Assembly: GCA_039589315.1 (NCBI GenBank)
Contig: JBDHHQ010000076.1
Location: forward strand, 1 to 26,488
Source of the DNA: Gemmatimonadota bacterium
GTDB taxonomy: Bacteria > Gemmatimonadota > Gemmatimonadetes > Longimicrobiales > Gaopeijiaceae
Direction: 5' to 3'
Length of the DNA stretch: 26,488 nucleotides
This document shows positions 25,809-26,488 of this stretch, piece by piece. Each line of letters starts with the position of its first letter. Positions within the stretch are counted from its first letter, which is position 1. A program made the position numbers and the translations under genes. The notes beneath the pieces were generated by a model. The model was not told where the DNA came from, ran no database searches, and saw nothing but the letters and a program-made list of their open reading frames with translations.

Positions 25809-26488
25809 ATGGAGATCATTCGTCTCGACAGCGCGATTCGCGTTCGGGGCTCCGATAAGAAGGCCGGAAGCGAACGACAACTCGCTCTGGCACTGGCCAC
25901 CTCCATGGTGCCGCGCCTCCGGCGCTGGGCCGAGGCGAAGAGCCGGCTCGATGCCGAGATCTGGGGGCTCGAATCCAAGCTCGAAGAGTGGAGGTCTCCG
26001 CTGGTGGCGGGCACCAGAGGCTCCCCCGAGGCCGCTAGGATCGAGGAGGAGCGGGCGACCCTCGAGGAGCAGCTCCTACGCGTCCGCAGTGAGCTGCGGA
26101 ACATCGAGCGTCGTCCCTGGCGGCATTTGAGGGCCCTCTGGCTACTCGTCTGGGGCGACGCCTGGCGTGCCGAGCGCGAGGCGGCAAGGCGACGACTCGA
26201 TCAGCATGAAAGCAGGCTGGACGAGCTCTCCTCCCGGCTCAGCGAGGAGGTCGAGGGGCTTTCCGAGGTCCTGGAGTCGCTGCGCCAGCGTCGCCGTGAC
26301 CTGGAGCCGATTCCTCGAGTTGTAGAGGGCGTGCGTGGGCTCGACTACGTCTTCGTGCCCCGGCGGGTCCGTCGGAACAAGGGCGAGCGGGGCAGACAGC
26401 GCAACGCGGGCGGCTGGATTCTGGCCGACCCGTTCGGCGATCCGATGGCTGTCGACGCGCCCAAGGTGGCCCTGAGCGCCCAGGAGCT
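25809..26488 (+). CDS. Hypothetical coiled-coil protein, 3' end runs off the window
   Basis: ATG 25809 with GGAGAGG RBS; open for 226 codons to the edge: MEIIRLDSAIRVRG...IEEERATLEEQLLRVRSELRNIERRPWRHLRALWLLVWGDAWRAEREAARRRLDQHESRLDELSSRLSEEVEGL... Missing from the ORF track because there is no stop. Confidence 0.75.
   Translation, partial: MEIIRLDSAIRVRGSDKKAGSERQLALALATSMVPRLRRWAEAKSRLDAEIWGLESKLEEWRSPLVAGTRGSPEAARIEEERATLEEQLLRVRSELRNIERRPWRHLRALWLLVWGDAWRAEREAARRRLDQHESRLDELSSRLSEEVEGLSEVLESLRQRRRDLEPIPRVVEGVRGLDYVFVPRRVRRNKGERGRQRNAGGWILADPFGDPMAVDAPKVALSAQE

Noticed and set aside
25772..26104. 110-aa minus-strand ORF
   Set aside because: Ser/Arg-rich antisense shadow of the plus-strand coiled-coil gene, which has an RBS.

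Overview
Very GC-rich bacterial chromosomal segment (roughly 68-70% GC by eye, not computed). It is probably from a Gemmatimonadota-like organism, inferred from the 'RL..ALSDRYELERELGEGGMATVYLA.DLKH.R.VA.KVL.PEL' Ser/Thr kinase style and the density of secreted peptidases. About 21 genes are supportable, two of them cut by the window edges and absent from the ORF track. Left, minus strand: membrane Hanks-type kinase, 4-TM hypothetical, YaiI/YqxD, ornithine cyclodeaminase/mu-crystallin family, DUF5107-TPR, zinc-ribbon+TerB-like protein, and a CBM5/12 + divergent GH18-like lipoprotein. Centre, plus strand: DUF305 (CopM-like) lipoprotein, His/Cys-rich LVIVD beta-propeller, NTF2-like lipoprotein, S9 peptidase and a translationally coupled membrane class III nucleotidyl cyclase. 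Then a divergent M20/M28 peptidase pair, a Cys-type sulfatase and an amidohydrolase-3 gene with an apparent 5' deletion/frameshift. Right, minus strand: DUF1080, soxC, monohaem soxD-like and DUF4342, followed by a divergent coiled-coil ORF. I saw no rRNA, tRNA, CRISPR array or mobile element. The best candidate for an undescribed system is the DUF305-LVIVD pair, a possible metal chaperone plus His-liganded propeller metalloprotein with a 28-bp near-perfect palindrome between the genes. Next are the GH18-like protein with altered catalytic motifs, the cyclase with non-canonical base-specifying residues and the orphan soxCD. All family calls come from motif recognition by eye; no database search was run.
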